A DNA stretch of 64,000 bases from positions 1,984,001-2,048,000 of the forward strand of contig CBDAOB010000005.1 in NCBI GenBank assembly GCA_965197905.1, written 5' to 3'. This document shows positions 9,053 through 18,900 of this stretch, piece after piece. Under the pieces are notes generated by a model, which made no database searches, was not told where the DNA came from, and saw nothing but the letters and a program-made list of their open reading frames with translations. The DNA comes from Candidatus Latescibacterota bacterium (GTDB lineage Bacteria > Latescibacterota > UBA2968 > UBA8231). Position numbers and translations under genes: made by a program. The stretch's first letter is position 1; each line of letters opens with the position of its first letter.

Positions 9053-10492
9053 CTACTGTAGCAGCTGCAATGCTGCTTGTGGTATGGCATTCGCCTGGGC
9101 TACCATGGCGGTGGCCGCCTGGGTAAGTATCTGCTGCCTCGTGAATGCCGAGATTTCCTCGGCGACATCCGCATCGCGAATCGCGGATTCAGCCGCCTGG
9201 AGGTTCTCGATGGCGTTTTCCAGGTTTCGCGTCGTGAACCCAAGCCGATTCTGCACCGCGCCAAGGTCTCCACGCTGCCTCGCGACAGCGAGAATGGCGG
9301 AGTCGATGCGGGCGATGGCCGCCTTTGAGCTCTCGAGGTTGGCGACGGAGAGTCCGGTCAGGTTCAATGTGGGGCCGCTGGCACGCATATCACCGATGTT
9401 CAGCGAGATGCGGTTGGATGCTTCGTTGTTCGGCCCCACCTGTAACACACCGCCTTCCGACTTTTCAATAATGATCTGCTTTGCGTTCAGGCGGCCGTCG
9501 ATATAGGAATTGGCGGCAACGGTGTTGAGAACGTTGTCTGCCGTGTCTGTAAATATATTACCAGCTGTTTCTATCTGAATCTCGTTCAAGGTGGCGTCGA
9601 AGGTTGCCGAGCCAGGCGTTGACAGGGATGCAAGAACGGTGTTCAGGCTGGTGGCAATGTTCGCCAGGGTTTCCCCTGCGGGGATGGTAACCGATTGGTC
9701 CCCGACGATAATAGTCCCACCCGTTCCACCATTGGCAACGCGCGATTTCAGCGTCGTAGATGTCGTGTCGACCGTGGGGCCAACCATCGTGACTTGGACG
9801 CCCAACCGATCAAAATTGGCGAGAAAGGTAGTCCCGGTCGCCACCAGATTGGTTCCGTCGGAGCGATCGAGGGTTGAACCCACGTCGATAGATTGACTGA
9901 GCTGGGTCCCGTCATCGAGGGTAATGGATAGAGTAATTTGGTTGTCGTCCGTTCCCGTGTCCGAGAAGATATAGGTGCCGGGCACCGCCCCAGAGATTCC
10001 AATCTCTGTAACACCCGAGAATCCCTGTAATGCCGTAGAAACCGTACCTGTCTGGGAGACGGCGTTCCCGAATCCGGTCAGGAGCGTGGTCTTGTTATAG
10101 GTCGTGGAGAGGGCAATACGGTCGATTTCCGCCTCCAGCTGATTGAACTCAGCCGAGAGCCCCTGCCTGTTCGAGTCGTTGATGGTTGAGTTTGCCGACT
10201 GCACCGCAAGCTCGCGCATACGACGGAGCATGGTGCTTACTTCATTCAGCGATCCTTCGGCGAGCTGGATGAGACTGGTGCCCTGTTCCGCGTTGCGGAC
10301 GCCCTGGCGCATACCCAGGAGTTCGGACCGCATGCCCTCCGAGACAGAAAGGCCGGCCGCATCATCGGCGCCACGGTTGATTCGCAGACCTGACGAGAGG
10401 CGCTCGATGCGCCTCGTGAAGTCTGCGCTGTTCATGTTCAGGTTACGAGCCGCGTTGATAGCGGCAATGTTGTTACCCACTCTTATGGGCAT
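9053..10492 (-). CDS. fliC: Flagellin (copy 3, 479 aa, with an extra insert)
   Basis: ERLSSGLRINRGADDAAGL, RGDLGAVQNRL, IRDADVAEEI. Confidence 0.96.
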   Translation of the reverse strand: MPIRVGNNIAAINAARNLNMNSADFTRRIERLSSGLRINRGADDAAGLSVSEGMRSELLGMRQGVRNAEQGTSLIQLAEGSLNEVSTMLRRMRELAVQSANSTINDSNRQGLSAEFNQLEAEIDRIALSTTYNKTTLLTGFGNAVSQTGTVSTALQGFSGVTEIGISGAVPGTYIFSDTGTDDNQITLSITLDDGTQLSQSIDVGSTLDRSDGTNLVATGTTFLANFDRLGVQVTMVGPTVDTTSTTLKSRVANGGTGGTIIVGDQSVTIPAGETLANIATSLNTVLASLSTPGSATFDATLNEIQIETAGNIFTDTADNVLNTVAANSYIDGRLNAKQIIIEKSEGGVLQVGPNNEASNRISLNIGDMRASGPTLNLTGLSVANLESSKAAIARIDSAILAVARQRGDLGAVQNRLGFTTRNLENAIENLQAAESAIRDADVAEEISAFTRQQILTQAATAMVAQANAIPQAALQLLQ

Positions 10493-10606
10493 TGCTCGAC
10501 CTCCTTGCTCGCCGGACAGCCCAGGCTCTCCCTAGCGCTCCGGCCCGTATTATCTTCGAACTACCACGATGGCCAGCTCGAAGTCGCAGGTTACGAGTCT
10601 CGATTT

Positions 10607-10622
10607 AGCAAGGAGTATGCCA
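10607..10622 (-). promoter_or_regulatory. Sigma54 (-24/-12) promoter of flagellin 3
   Basis: Minus strand TGGCAT-ACTCC-TTGCT; an AT-rich IHF-like tract lies at ~10654-10680. Confidence 0.75.
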
Positions 10623-10773
10623 GCCCCGCCATCAAACCTGTGGATACATCCGTTAAGTTACTGTTTTTATTGGTTTAAAGAAGACAATTGGATGAGTCGA
10701 ACAGGTCCCTGTTGGGGTTCATAGTTGGCGATCGGACGAGGCATTTTGGGCAACCAGGCGGAAGAATTTACCA

Positions 10774-11097
10774 ATGATCCCACGTGGCGGGCGCTGCGGA
10801 ACATGCAACCAAACAATGATTTTCGGAGGGCGCTCGGCGAAGATGCTACAGCAAGCCAACGCTCAGGCCGCGCAACAACAGGTAGACGCGGAGGTTACTG
10901 AGGCGAGAGTCCTCGATCAAAGCCGTGCCGTGCCGATGGATGAAACCTCGCCTGGCCAACTTGCCGTCGGCGACCGAACCCGCACGGGCGGCCCCACCTC
11001 AAACACCGAACATCGCCGGCAACCTCCCGAGCCAGCAGCAAAGACCCCTCCCGCCGGCGATAAAAACGGATCAGAGCACATAGATTTTCTGGCGTGA
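10774..11097 (+). CDS. Small hypothetical protein divergent from the flagellins
   Basis: 107-aa ORF with N-terminal CGTC, Q/A-rich middle and C-terminal HIDFLA. Confidence 0.5.
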   Translation: MIPRGGRCGTCNQTMIFGGRSAKMLQQANAQAAQQQVDAEVTEARVLDQSRAVPMDETSPGQLAVGDRTRTGGPTSNTEHRRQPPEPAAKTPPAGDKNGSEHIDFLA

Positions 11098-11222
11098 TGC
11101 CGATCTATGATGTTGTAGGCAACCCCGTGCGCGGCTCGACGACGGTTTGCACAAGGGTGTGCCCTTCCGGACTTTCGAGGCCGGTCCGGATCCACCCCAC
11201 CTCCGATCATGGCAGGTAACGG

Positions 11223-13566
11223 ATGATATTGCGGTGTTTAACGCTGGTTCTGTCCGTGCTTGCTTCCCAACTGACTGCCCAGCCCCTCGACATCCCGGTT
11301 CCGCCAAAGTCGGGGAATCCGAAATTGGACCTGGAGGCGCTCGGAGGCGAGATGTTGGGCCGTTCCTCCCACCTGGCACGGCTTCGGTTTCGCCGATGCC
11401 GACCGCTTGAGATCACGCCATTTTCCACAAAGCCGGTCGGTAAGGGACTTCACCGGATCCGGTATCTATTCGGGCGAAAGCAAGCATGGTACTGCGTGCA
11501 CCGAGATCGCGTACGACGTCGCTCCGGATGCGGAGTATCATCTTCTGCTTATCGAAGATCTGGTCGATTTCGAGAATGCAAAAGACTACTGTCTGCAAAA
11601 CGGCATTCATGTTGTCAGCTTCTCCGGTCTGTGGCCGTCCACTGGGTACGGAGACGGCAAGGGATTGGCTTGCGACATCGTCAACGACGCAGCCGACAAC
11701 GGCATACTCTGGGTGAATGCTGCGGGGAATCTGGCGCAAAGGCAGTTTGAAAGAACATGGGTGGATGACGACGGAGATGGATGGCACGACTTCGGTCCTG
11801 GACGGGAGGTGCTTCCTCTCGAGGAGACGGAGGCGGGAGATTCGATAGCCCTCTGGCTGACATGGAACGAATGGCCGCGGTCGCAAAGTGATTACGATCT
11901 CTATCTATGTCGCCTGGGGGACGGCGAAGAGCTGGAGATTGTCGCCGAGAGCACGACGACCCAAGAAGACAGCGAACCTATCGAGTCGATCGAATTCGAG
12001 GCGCCGTCGGATGGGACCTATGCCGTCATGGTGGCGAAAAGTCCGGACGCACGTCCGCAGCGATTTAAAGTAATATCCGGCTACCAAGATCTCGGGTCCG
12101 GTTCCCAGTTCAGCACCATCGGTGTCCCAGGAGATGCCCGGGGCGCCTTGACCGTGGGAGCAGTGGATGCCTATCGGTGGCACGATGGTCCGCTCGAGCC
12201 GTACAGCTCTCGCGGACCCACTGCTGATGGCCGCCTGAAGCCAGACCTGGTGGCCCCCACCGGAATATCTACCAGTGTTTTCGGGCGCAGCGGCTTCAAG
12301 GGCACCTCCGGTGCTACCCCGAATGTCGCGGGGGCCGCCGCCGCGTTGCTCAAGTCTGCCTATCCGCACTACGGTCGAGATGAGCTCTACGCCACCCTGC
12401 TGAATTCGACATGGGAGATAGGTGAGGAGGGCTGGGACTATCTCTATGGGCGCGGGAAACTGGTGCTGACCTTAATGCCAGCCATTCCACTCATGCGCGA
12501 ACTCAACACGCCCGAGCAGGCCTTCAACCGCGCCGTCGTCATCAAAGGCTCCTTTTTCGGATCGTCCAGAAGGGACAGCAGGGTTTTGTTTTCGAACGGG
12601 GTTCGGCCTCAGCCTTGGCACTACCTAGCCTGGGGCCGCGAGGAAATCCAGGTGCGGGTTCCGGTAGGGGCGGAAAGCGGGGATATTCGAGTTTTCGTCG
12701 CCAACCGAGAGAGCAACACGCTGCCTCTAACGGTTACCTCCCCGCTGGTGAGAAGGATTTCCAACAGCTCCGTCCGTTTCGGCGACAGGCTGCGGCTATG
12801 GGGCAAAAATTTCGGCAGCCAACGCGGCACAGGGTGGGTCTTCGTGGGCGGCAGGAAAGCGCTGTCCTACGGCGCCTGGCGGGATGGCCTCATCGAGCTT
12901 GAGGTCCCCTCGGATGCGCGTTCCGGTCACATAATCGTACATACGGGAGTGGGCCCGAGCAATCCAGTGGAGATCGATGTAGTCAGCCCGGTGCTGGTCC
13001 TGCTGGCTCCCCGAACCGTCCACAACGGCGACTTGCTGACGATCTGGGGCAGCAACTTCGGCGACCAACGCCGGTCCGGATTTGTCCAGTTGGGCGATCT
13101 GCGGTTAACCGATAGCCAGTACGTGACCTGGGCCGACAAGAAGATCGTCGTACGCATTCCATGGGAAGCGCGATCAGGCGCCATAAAGGTTTGGACCGAA
13201 TCGGGCGAATCGCCGTCCAAGGAGATCGAGGTGGCTGCTCCGGAGCCGCAGACTACCGTCGCCGGCCAGCTTGCTGACGGGTTGCCACTCCGCTCGCAGT
13301 TGGGAATCCCCTTTCCCTCTCCATTCAACGCTCAGGTTGCGATCCCTTTCGAGGTCGCCACGGCGACTCCGACCACCATCCGGGTCTACAACATAGCCGG
13401 TCAGCAGATCGCCACGTTATACGACGATCTCGCTCCCGCGGGCCGGCACCAAATCGTGTGGCGAGGCCGCTCTGCCAGTGGCAGGGAAAGTGCCACCGGT
13501 CTCTATTTCGTGCAGATGACCACTGCGAAGGTCCGGAGTGTCCGCCGCATCGCACTCATTCGCTGA
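11223..13566 (+). pseudogene. Secreted S8 (subtilase) peptidase with 3 IPT/TIG domains and a C-terminal FlgD-Ig/T9SS-like sorting domain; 5' part frameshifted or deleted near 11385
   Basis: Signal peptide starts at 11223 in one frame; HGTAC, NAAGN, YSSRGPTADGRLKPDLVAP and GTSGATP are in the 11407 frame; three G.NFG..R TIG repeats; PFPSPFN...VYNIAGQQIATL...GLYFVQM; the catalytic-Asp strand is missing. Confidence 0.8.
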
Positions 13567-13699
13567 TCCCTCCAACCGCGAACCGATACACCTTATATAG
13601 TTCCCTCACTTCCACCGTTGCGAACAGAAGATTCTGGCTGTTTTTCCGTACGCGCCGATAAGAATGAATGAGAAGTCCGCGTGAAGAGGTAGCTCATTC

Positions 13700-14737
13700 A
13701 TGGCCAATGTAAAAGAAGAAGAAATCGCGTCTGTCGACGAAGAGCCGGAACTTCCGCTCGAGCAGAAGGTTGCCATCACCATGGTGGCCCTTGGCGAAGA
13801 GGCCTCGGGCGAAGTCATGAAGTTCCTGAACGACTTCGAGATCGAAGCGATTACGCAAGCGGTGGCGGGACTGAAGAACATTTCCCCCGAACTGATGGAC
13901 CGGGTCCTCGAGGAATTTGAAGCCCACCTCGCAGCGGGAAAATGGATCAGTCAAGGCGGCATCGACTTCGCGCGGTCGGCACTGGAGCGGGCGGTTGGGC
14001 CGCGCCGCGCCCAGGAGATTCTGGAGCGCGTCGGCAACAAGGTTACCTCCGGATTCTACATCCTGAAGAACGTCGCACCGGATCAGCTGGCGCCGTTCAT
14101 CTCAAACGAACATCCCCAAACCATAGCACTCATTCTTTCGCAGCTCGACCCTGCCCAATCGGCGGGAATCCTGGGACAGCTGCCCGAGCGCATGCAGGGG
14201 GACGTCGCCTACCGCGTCGCTACGATGGAGAATATTACGCCCAACGTGATCCAGCAGATCGAAGAAAGTCTGGAGCAGTCGCTAAGAGACATCTTGGGCG
14301 GGAACCAGGATGTAGGCGGTCCCAAAGTGGTAGCCGATATCCTCAACCTGACCGGCTCGACGATCGAGAAGAATATCCTGGACAACATGGACGCCCAGGA
14401 TCCAGAAACCGCGGAATCGGTGCGCAATCTGATGTTTGTATTCTCCGATATCGTCAACTTGACGGACCGCGAGATTCAGGTTCTACTGCGGGAAGCGGAT
14501 CAGAAAGACCTGGTTATCGCCCTCAAAGGCGCCGAGGATGACTTGAAGGAAAAGATCCTGAGCAATATGTCCGAAAGAGTCCGCACCTTCATAACCGAGG
14601 AAATGGACTTTCTCGGTCCGATGCGCTTGAGCGAAGTGGAGGAAGTTCAATTGCGCATCGTTCAGCAAGTGCGACAGTTGGAGGAACAGGGTCAGGTCAC
14701 CATCGTGCGCGGCGAATCGGACGATAAGTTCGTCTAA
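13700..14737 (+). CDS. fliG: Flagellar motor switch protein FliG (orphan copy)
   Basis: GGIDFAR..L, EHPQTIALILS, GGPKVVADILN, MFVFSDI, NMSER, GPMRLSEVEE.Q. Confidence 0.95.
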   Translation: MANVKEEEIASVDEEPELPLEQKVAITMVALGEEASGEVMKFLNDFEIEAITQAVAGLKNISPELMDRVLEEFEAHLAAGKWISQGGIDFARSALERAVGPRRAQEILERVGNKVTSGFYILKNVAPDQLAPFISNEHPQTIALILSQLDPAQSAGILGQLPERMQGDVAYRVATMENITPNVIQQIEESLEQSLRDILGGNQDVGGPKVVADILNLTGSTIEKNILDNMDAQDPETAESVRNLMFVFSDIVNLTDREIQVLLREADQKDLVIALKGAEDDLKEKILSNMSERVRTFITEEMDFLGPMRLSEVEEVQLRIVQQVRQLEEQGQVTIVRGESDDKFV

Positions 14738-14743
14738 CCCTAT

Positions 14744-14772
14744 TTGACCGAGTCCTCCCCGGCTGCTAAGCT
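14744..14772 (+). promoter_or_regulatory. Putative sigma70 promoter for the 14849 gene
   Basis: TTGACC-N17-TAAGCT with an extended -10 TG. Confidence 0.5.
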
Positions 14773-14848
14773 CCCCATAGCGTCTTCTTTCCCATGCCCT
14801 GCAGGTCCGTTCGCACTCTGATCCGACCTAGCGAGCGGCGCGTCGGAC

Positions 14849-15916
14849 ATGATAGTGCTCATGGACCGAAACTGGCTTCGCGTCTCAATCCTATTGCTCT
14901 TGAGCGGATTGTGGGGTATTGGCTGTGGGACAAACGACCGCTCGCCCGCCGCATCGATACAACAGGAATCGGAAGCGGAAGTCCAGACGCAGGTAGACCC
15001 CGACCTTCTTGAAAGATACGCTCATCTCTGGCCAGTGGAGATGCGCGAAATTACTATTTTCAACGACGGCAGCTCCTCCATCCTGCTCGTCAGTCCGGGG
15101 CGCGTCGGCATCAGGCTGCCGGTACACCGCTGTGCTAGTCCCCTCATTCGGGCCGGCTTCAGCGGCACACCCCCAATTCGGCCCATGCCACCCGATCTGT
15201 TCAAGAGCGTTGCGGACGAACTCCACGTGGGCGTTTCCCTGGTAGTCCTGGAGGTGGATGGCAACGGTGACCCCGTGGCTACCCTGGTTTTGCAGACTGC
15301 CGACCTGGAGGCCAACCTTCCGGCTTCATTCGGCGATGCGCTAACGATCGCCCAGCGCATGGATGCTCTGATCCTGGCCAGTCCACAGCTATTCGAGATC
15401 AAACCCGATGCGAGAAGGTCGAAACCGACGACGGGGGCGATTCCTGCTAGCGCGGCGAACGTTGCCGTCGCGGCGAAATCGCTGCAGCGCGCGCACGAGC
15501 TGATAGACATGGATGTTCTCGACGTGGTGAGTTCGAGGTTTGGCGCCCTGATCGTTCTGCTGGTGGACAGCGGACGCAATTCGGTGCTAACCATGCGCGT
15601 TGGAATATGCGAAGGCCTCGCGATCTTCGACAATCTGCACGGGGCGAGCCTGAGATCGGCGGAGACCCATCTCTTGCTTGCAGGGCTCCTGCGGGAATCA
15701 GGCGCGACCATGACCCACGCCAACATAGTTGACTGGCGCAATGAGATACTATTCGGTGAGCTCGGAATCTCTTACCGTGGCGAGCGGATATCGATCGACT
15801 CGAGACCTAGTGACGCCATAGCTTTGGCGCTGCTCACGGGGGCTCAGGTGGGGGTGGTTCGTGGCCTATTGGAAGCGTTCGGGCAGAGCGCTGAACTGTA
15901 TCGATCCCTCTTGTGA
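14849..15916 (+). CDS. Predicted lipoprotein with two tandem bifunctional nuclease (DUF151/BFN) domains
   Basis: Lipobox-like LWGIGC; domain 1 has RPMPPDLF...SFGDALTIA; domain 2 has ETHLLL...IDSRPSDAIALAL (BFN signature). Confidence 0.75.
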   Translation: MIVLMDRNWLRVSILLLLSGLWGIGCGTNDRSPAASIQQESEAEVQTQVDPDLLERYAHLWPVEMREITIFNDGSSSILLVSPGRVGIRLPVHRCASPLIRAGFSGTPPIRPMPPDLFKSVADELHVGVSLVVLEVDGNGDPVATLVLQTADLEANLPASFGDALTIAQRMDALILASPQLFEIKPDARRSKPTTGAIPASAANVAVAAKSLQRAHELIDMDVLDVVSSRFGALIVLLVDSGRNSVLTMRVGICEGLAIFDNLHGASLRSAETHLLLAGLLRESGATMTHANIVDWRNEILFGELGISYRGERISIDSRPSDAIALALLTGAQVGVVRGLLEAFGQSAELYRSLL

Positions 15917-15926
15917 TCGATCTTGC

Positions 15927-18900
15927 TCAACCCCGGGAAACCTCAGCACTCTTGGCGTAACACAGGTCGGCCGCGTCCTGCACACCGAGGCGCTGGTAGC
16001 AGTCACCCAGGCGCTGAAACGCGGTGCCGTCTCGCGGGTCTGACAATAGCAGAGCTTCGTACTGCGACACGGCCTTCCAATACGCCCCTTGCTGCCAGTA
16101 GATCTCCCCGAGGCACCTCTTGGCCTGCATGTCTCCATCATCCACAAGAGTCGCCGTCGCGTAGCAGAATTCCGCGCATTTGTTCTGGCCCTCGTTGGTG
16201 AGATAGCTGCCCAGCCGGACCAGGTCCCCCCCGATCTCACTGCCGCCGGAGCGGATGCCACTGTGTTCGATGGCCCCCGCGAGCGGCTCGAGAACCTCTT
16301 GTGCCAGCTGCTTAAAGGGGACCCAATCTTCCAGGTGGGCGACGGCCAGCAACAATCCCAGGTTGATATCCAGCAGATTGGGATTGTATTGGCGTAACGT
16401 TTCGAATGTCTCTCTAGCGTCGTGAAAACGCTCCTGGTCAAGATACAGGTGCCCCAGATTGGCCCTAGCTTCGACTTCGTCAGGCGCCGCCTCTACTAAT
16501 CCTGAATAGATCTCCTCAGCGTCGTCGAACGCTCCCGTGGCTTTGGCGATGTAACCCAGATTCAATATCGCCGGTCGATAGTCCGGTCTCTGCTCCAGCA
16601 CCGCTTTGAAGTGAGTCCGGGCTTCTTCGACGTTCTTGGATTCCAGATAGTGGACGCCGATGTTGAAGTCGTGTTTGATGTTGTCGGGATCAATCTTGCG
16701 GGCGGCCAGAAGGATATCCAAGGACTCATCCCGGCGATCGAGCTCCTTCAATAGAACAGCCAGGTTTCCAAGAGCTTCAGTGCGACGAGGAGCCGGTTGT
16801 CCAAGACAATCACCGCAACTCGGGCGCCAAGGGAGGCGCTGTAGGCAGCCTCTTCCCGTCCACCGAGGGCGAGAGCGGCGGGCATAGCCGCTTGATCCGG
16901 AATCGCGTCTGTCCTCTTCTCGACCAGTTCGGACGTCGGGCGACCCACCGCCGGATCGGGCCGGCAGAGAGCCTGGAGGGTATTCACCGCTACCCTGGCA
17001 GCGTGCTGCCAGGTGCATTTGCTCCACTAACACCCCCGAATCGGGCTCCAACAACCAGGCCTGCCCTGCGGTTGGTTGTTCGAACTGAATGTCTCGACGC
17101 GTGGCGGGCACGAGGAAAGAGGTCTCTCCATCGCAGAAATCGTCACAAGCCCCTCCAGCGGTCACGATGGTTGGCAAGGCGCAGGCCATCGCTTCGGCGA
17201 CGGGCAGTCCGAATCCCTCTCCACGATAGGGGTGCACCAGGCAGTCGCATGCCGCGTACAGAGAAGCCACCGCGTCATCCTCAAGATCCTCGGTCATGTA
17301 GAGAATCTCCGGACATGATGGGTCCTGCTGCATGGCGCGAATCGTGTCGCCCGCGTGTTGATTGCGGTAGAAGGTGCTGGTGCCCATATCTTTGACTACC
17401 AGACAGACATCGTCGTCCCTGCTGAAGGCTGATCGATACGCCTGCAGGAGCAGATCGATCCCCTTGCGGTAGAGTGTGCCTCCGACGAAAAGGAACTTGA
17501 AGGATTTCTTGGTCTCCAGTGACATCGGCGTCGACTGCGGGTTGAACAACCCGGGGTCGACACCCAGGGGCACAACGGTCACGTTTTCCGGAGCTATTCC
17601 GCTGTCGAGATAACAGTTCCGAACGTAGTTCGTCGCCGTCCAAATCTGATCGACATTCTCGCCAATAGGAGCGATCCACGCACTCGGTATTCGACCGAAC
17701 TCCCAGTGCTGCATCAGCACGAGTTTGCCGCTTGCCGGTCTTGTGAAGTTCGGCGGCCAGTGATGGCGCAGATGGAAATCTGCATCGGAAAGGACGTGGC
17801 CGAAGCGCTCGGCGACCGCCTGGAAACGGGATGTCGTGGAAACAGAGCTGTTGTCCTCGAACGGAACGGCCCCGATCTCCAGGTTTCCGGTCTCGAGAAT
17901 CTCGCGAAGCAACTCGCGATTGACATGGGCCAGACTGGAGGGCAGGAAGAAGGACCCCTCGAAATTGCCGCGCAATAAGGAGGTAGTTGCGTGCTCGGTG
18001 AATCTTCCTTGGCTGTCGAATCGATTGCCCCACTTTGTCTTGAAGCGCTGTAGATTGGCGTTCACCGAATCGAAGCGGCCGGCACTCGACCCTTCCCAAT
18101 GATCCAATACGGCGTGGGGACAGTAGACGACCTTGAAGCCGTGTTCCCGAACCCGCAGACAAAAATCCACATCCTCTACCCCATTCAGGTATGCCTCGTC
18201 GAAGCCGCCCAGTTCCTCGAAGAGTTCCTTGCGAACCAGCATACAGGCACCGGTCACCATATCCATCTCGCATTGGGTTTCGACCCTGGGATCACGATAG
18301 TCGACTCCGCGATGCAGATGTTCGGGGACACCGTCATACAAAACCAGTCCAGCGTGTTGCACCTTCTCGCTTTCCGGGTACAGAAGTTTGGCACCCACGA
18401 TACCAACCTTGGGATCCGACTCCGCAACGCCGACCATCGCCTTCAACCAGCCTGGGTGTGGCAGGGTATCGTTGTTCAGAAACACCACGAAGTCGCCTTG
18501 GGCAGCCTTTGCGCCCTGGTTGCAGGCGCGGGCGAAGCCGAGGTTGGTGTCATTGGACAACACCTGAACGTCTCCCTCGAAGGAGTTTAGAAGGTACGGC
18601 GTCCAGTCGGTCGAAGCGTTGTCCACAACGACCAGCTCGTAGTTCGGCTCGGCCTCATCGTTGGCGGCCAATGCATGCAGACAACGTTCGGTATGTTCCG
18701 CCTGGTTGTAGACCGGCATGACGATGGTCGCCTGCAGGGGGATAGCATCGCGGGTCGCTTGAAAGATATACTGCATGATCCGGGATTCGTGCCGTGCGCC
18801 TTCGGCATCGCCACCGAGCGCGCCTACCGCCTTCAAGATCGGCTCCATCGCCGTTTCGACCGGTGATTGCGAAGCGGACATCCGCGCGATTTTCAATCCG

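Noticed and set aside
13635..13661. Sigma28 promoter for the orphan fliG
   Set aside because: The -10 GCCGATAA is perfect but there is no TAAA at 15-16 nt spacing, so it is not listed as a feature.
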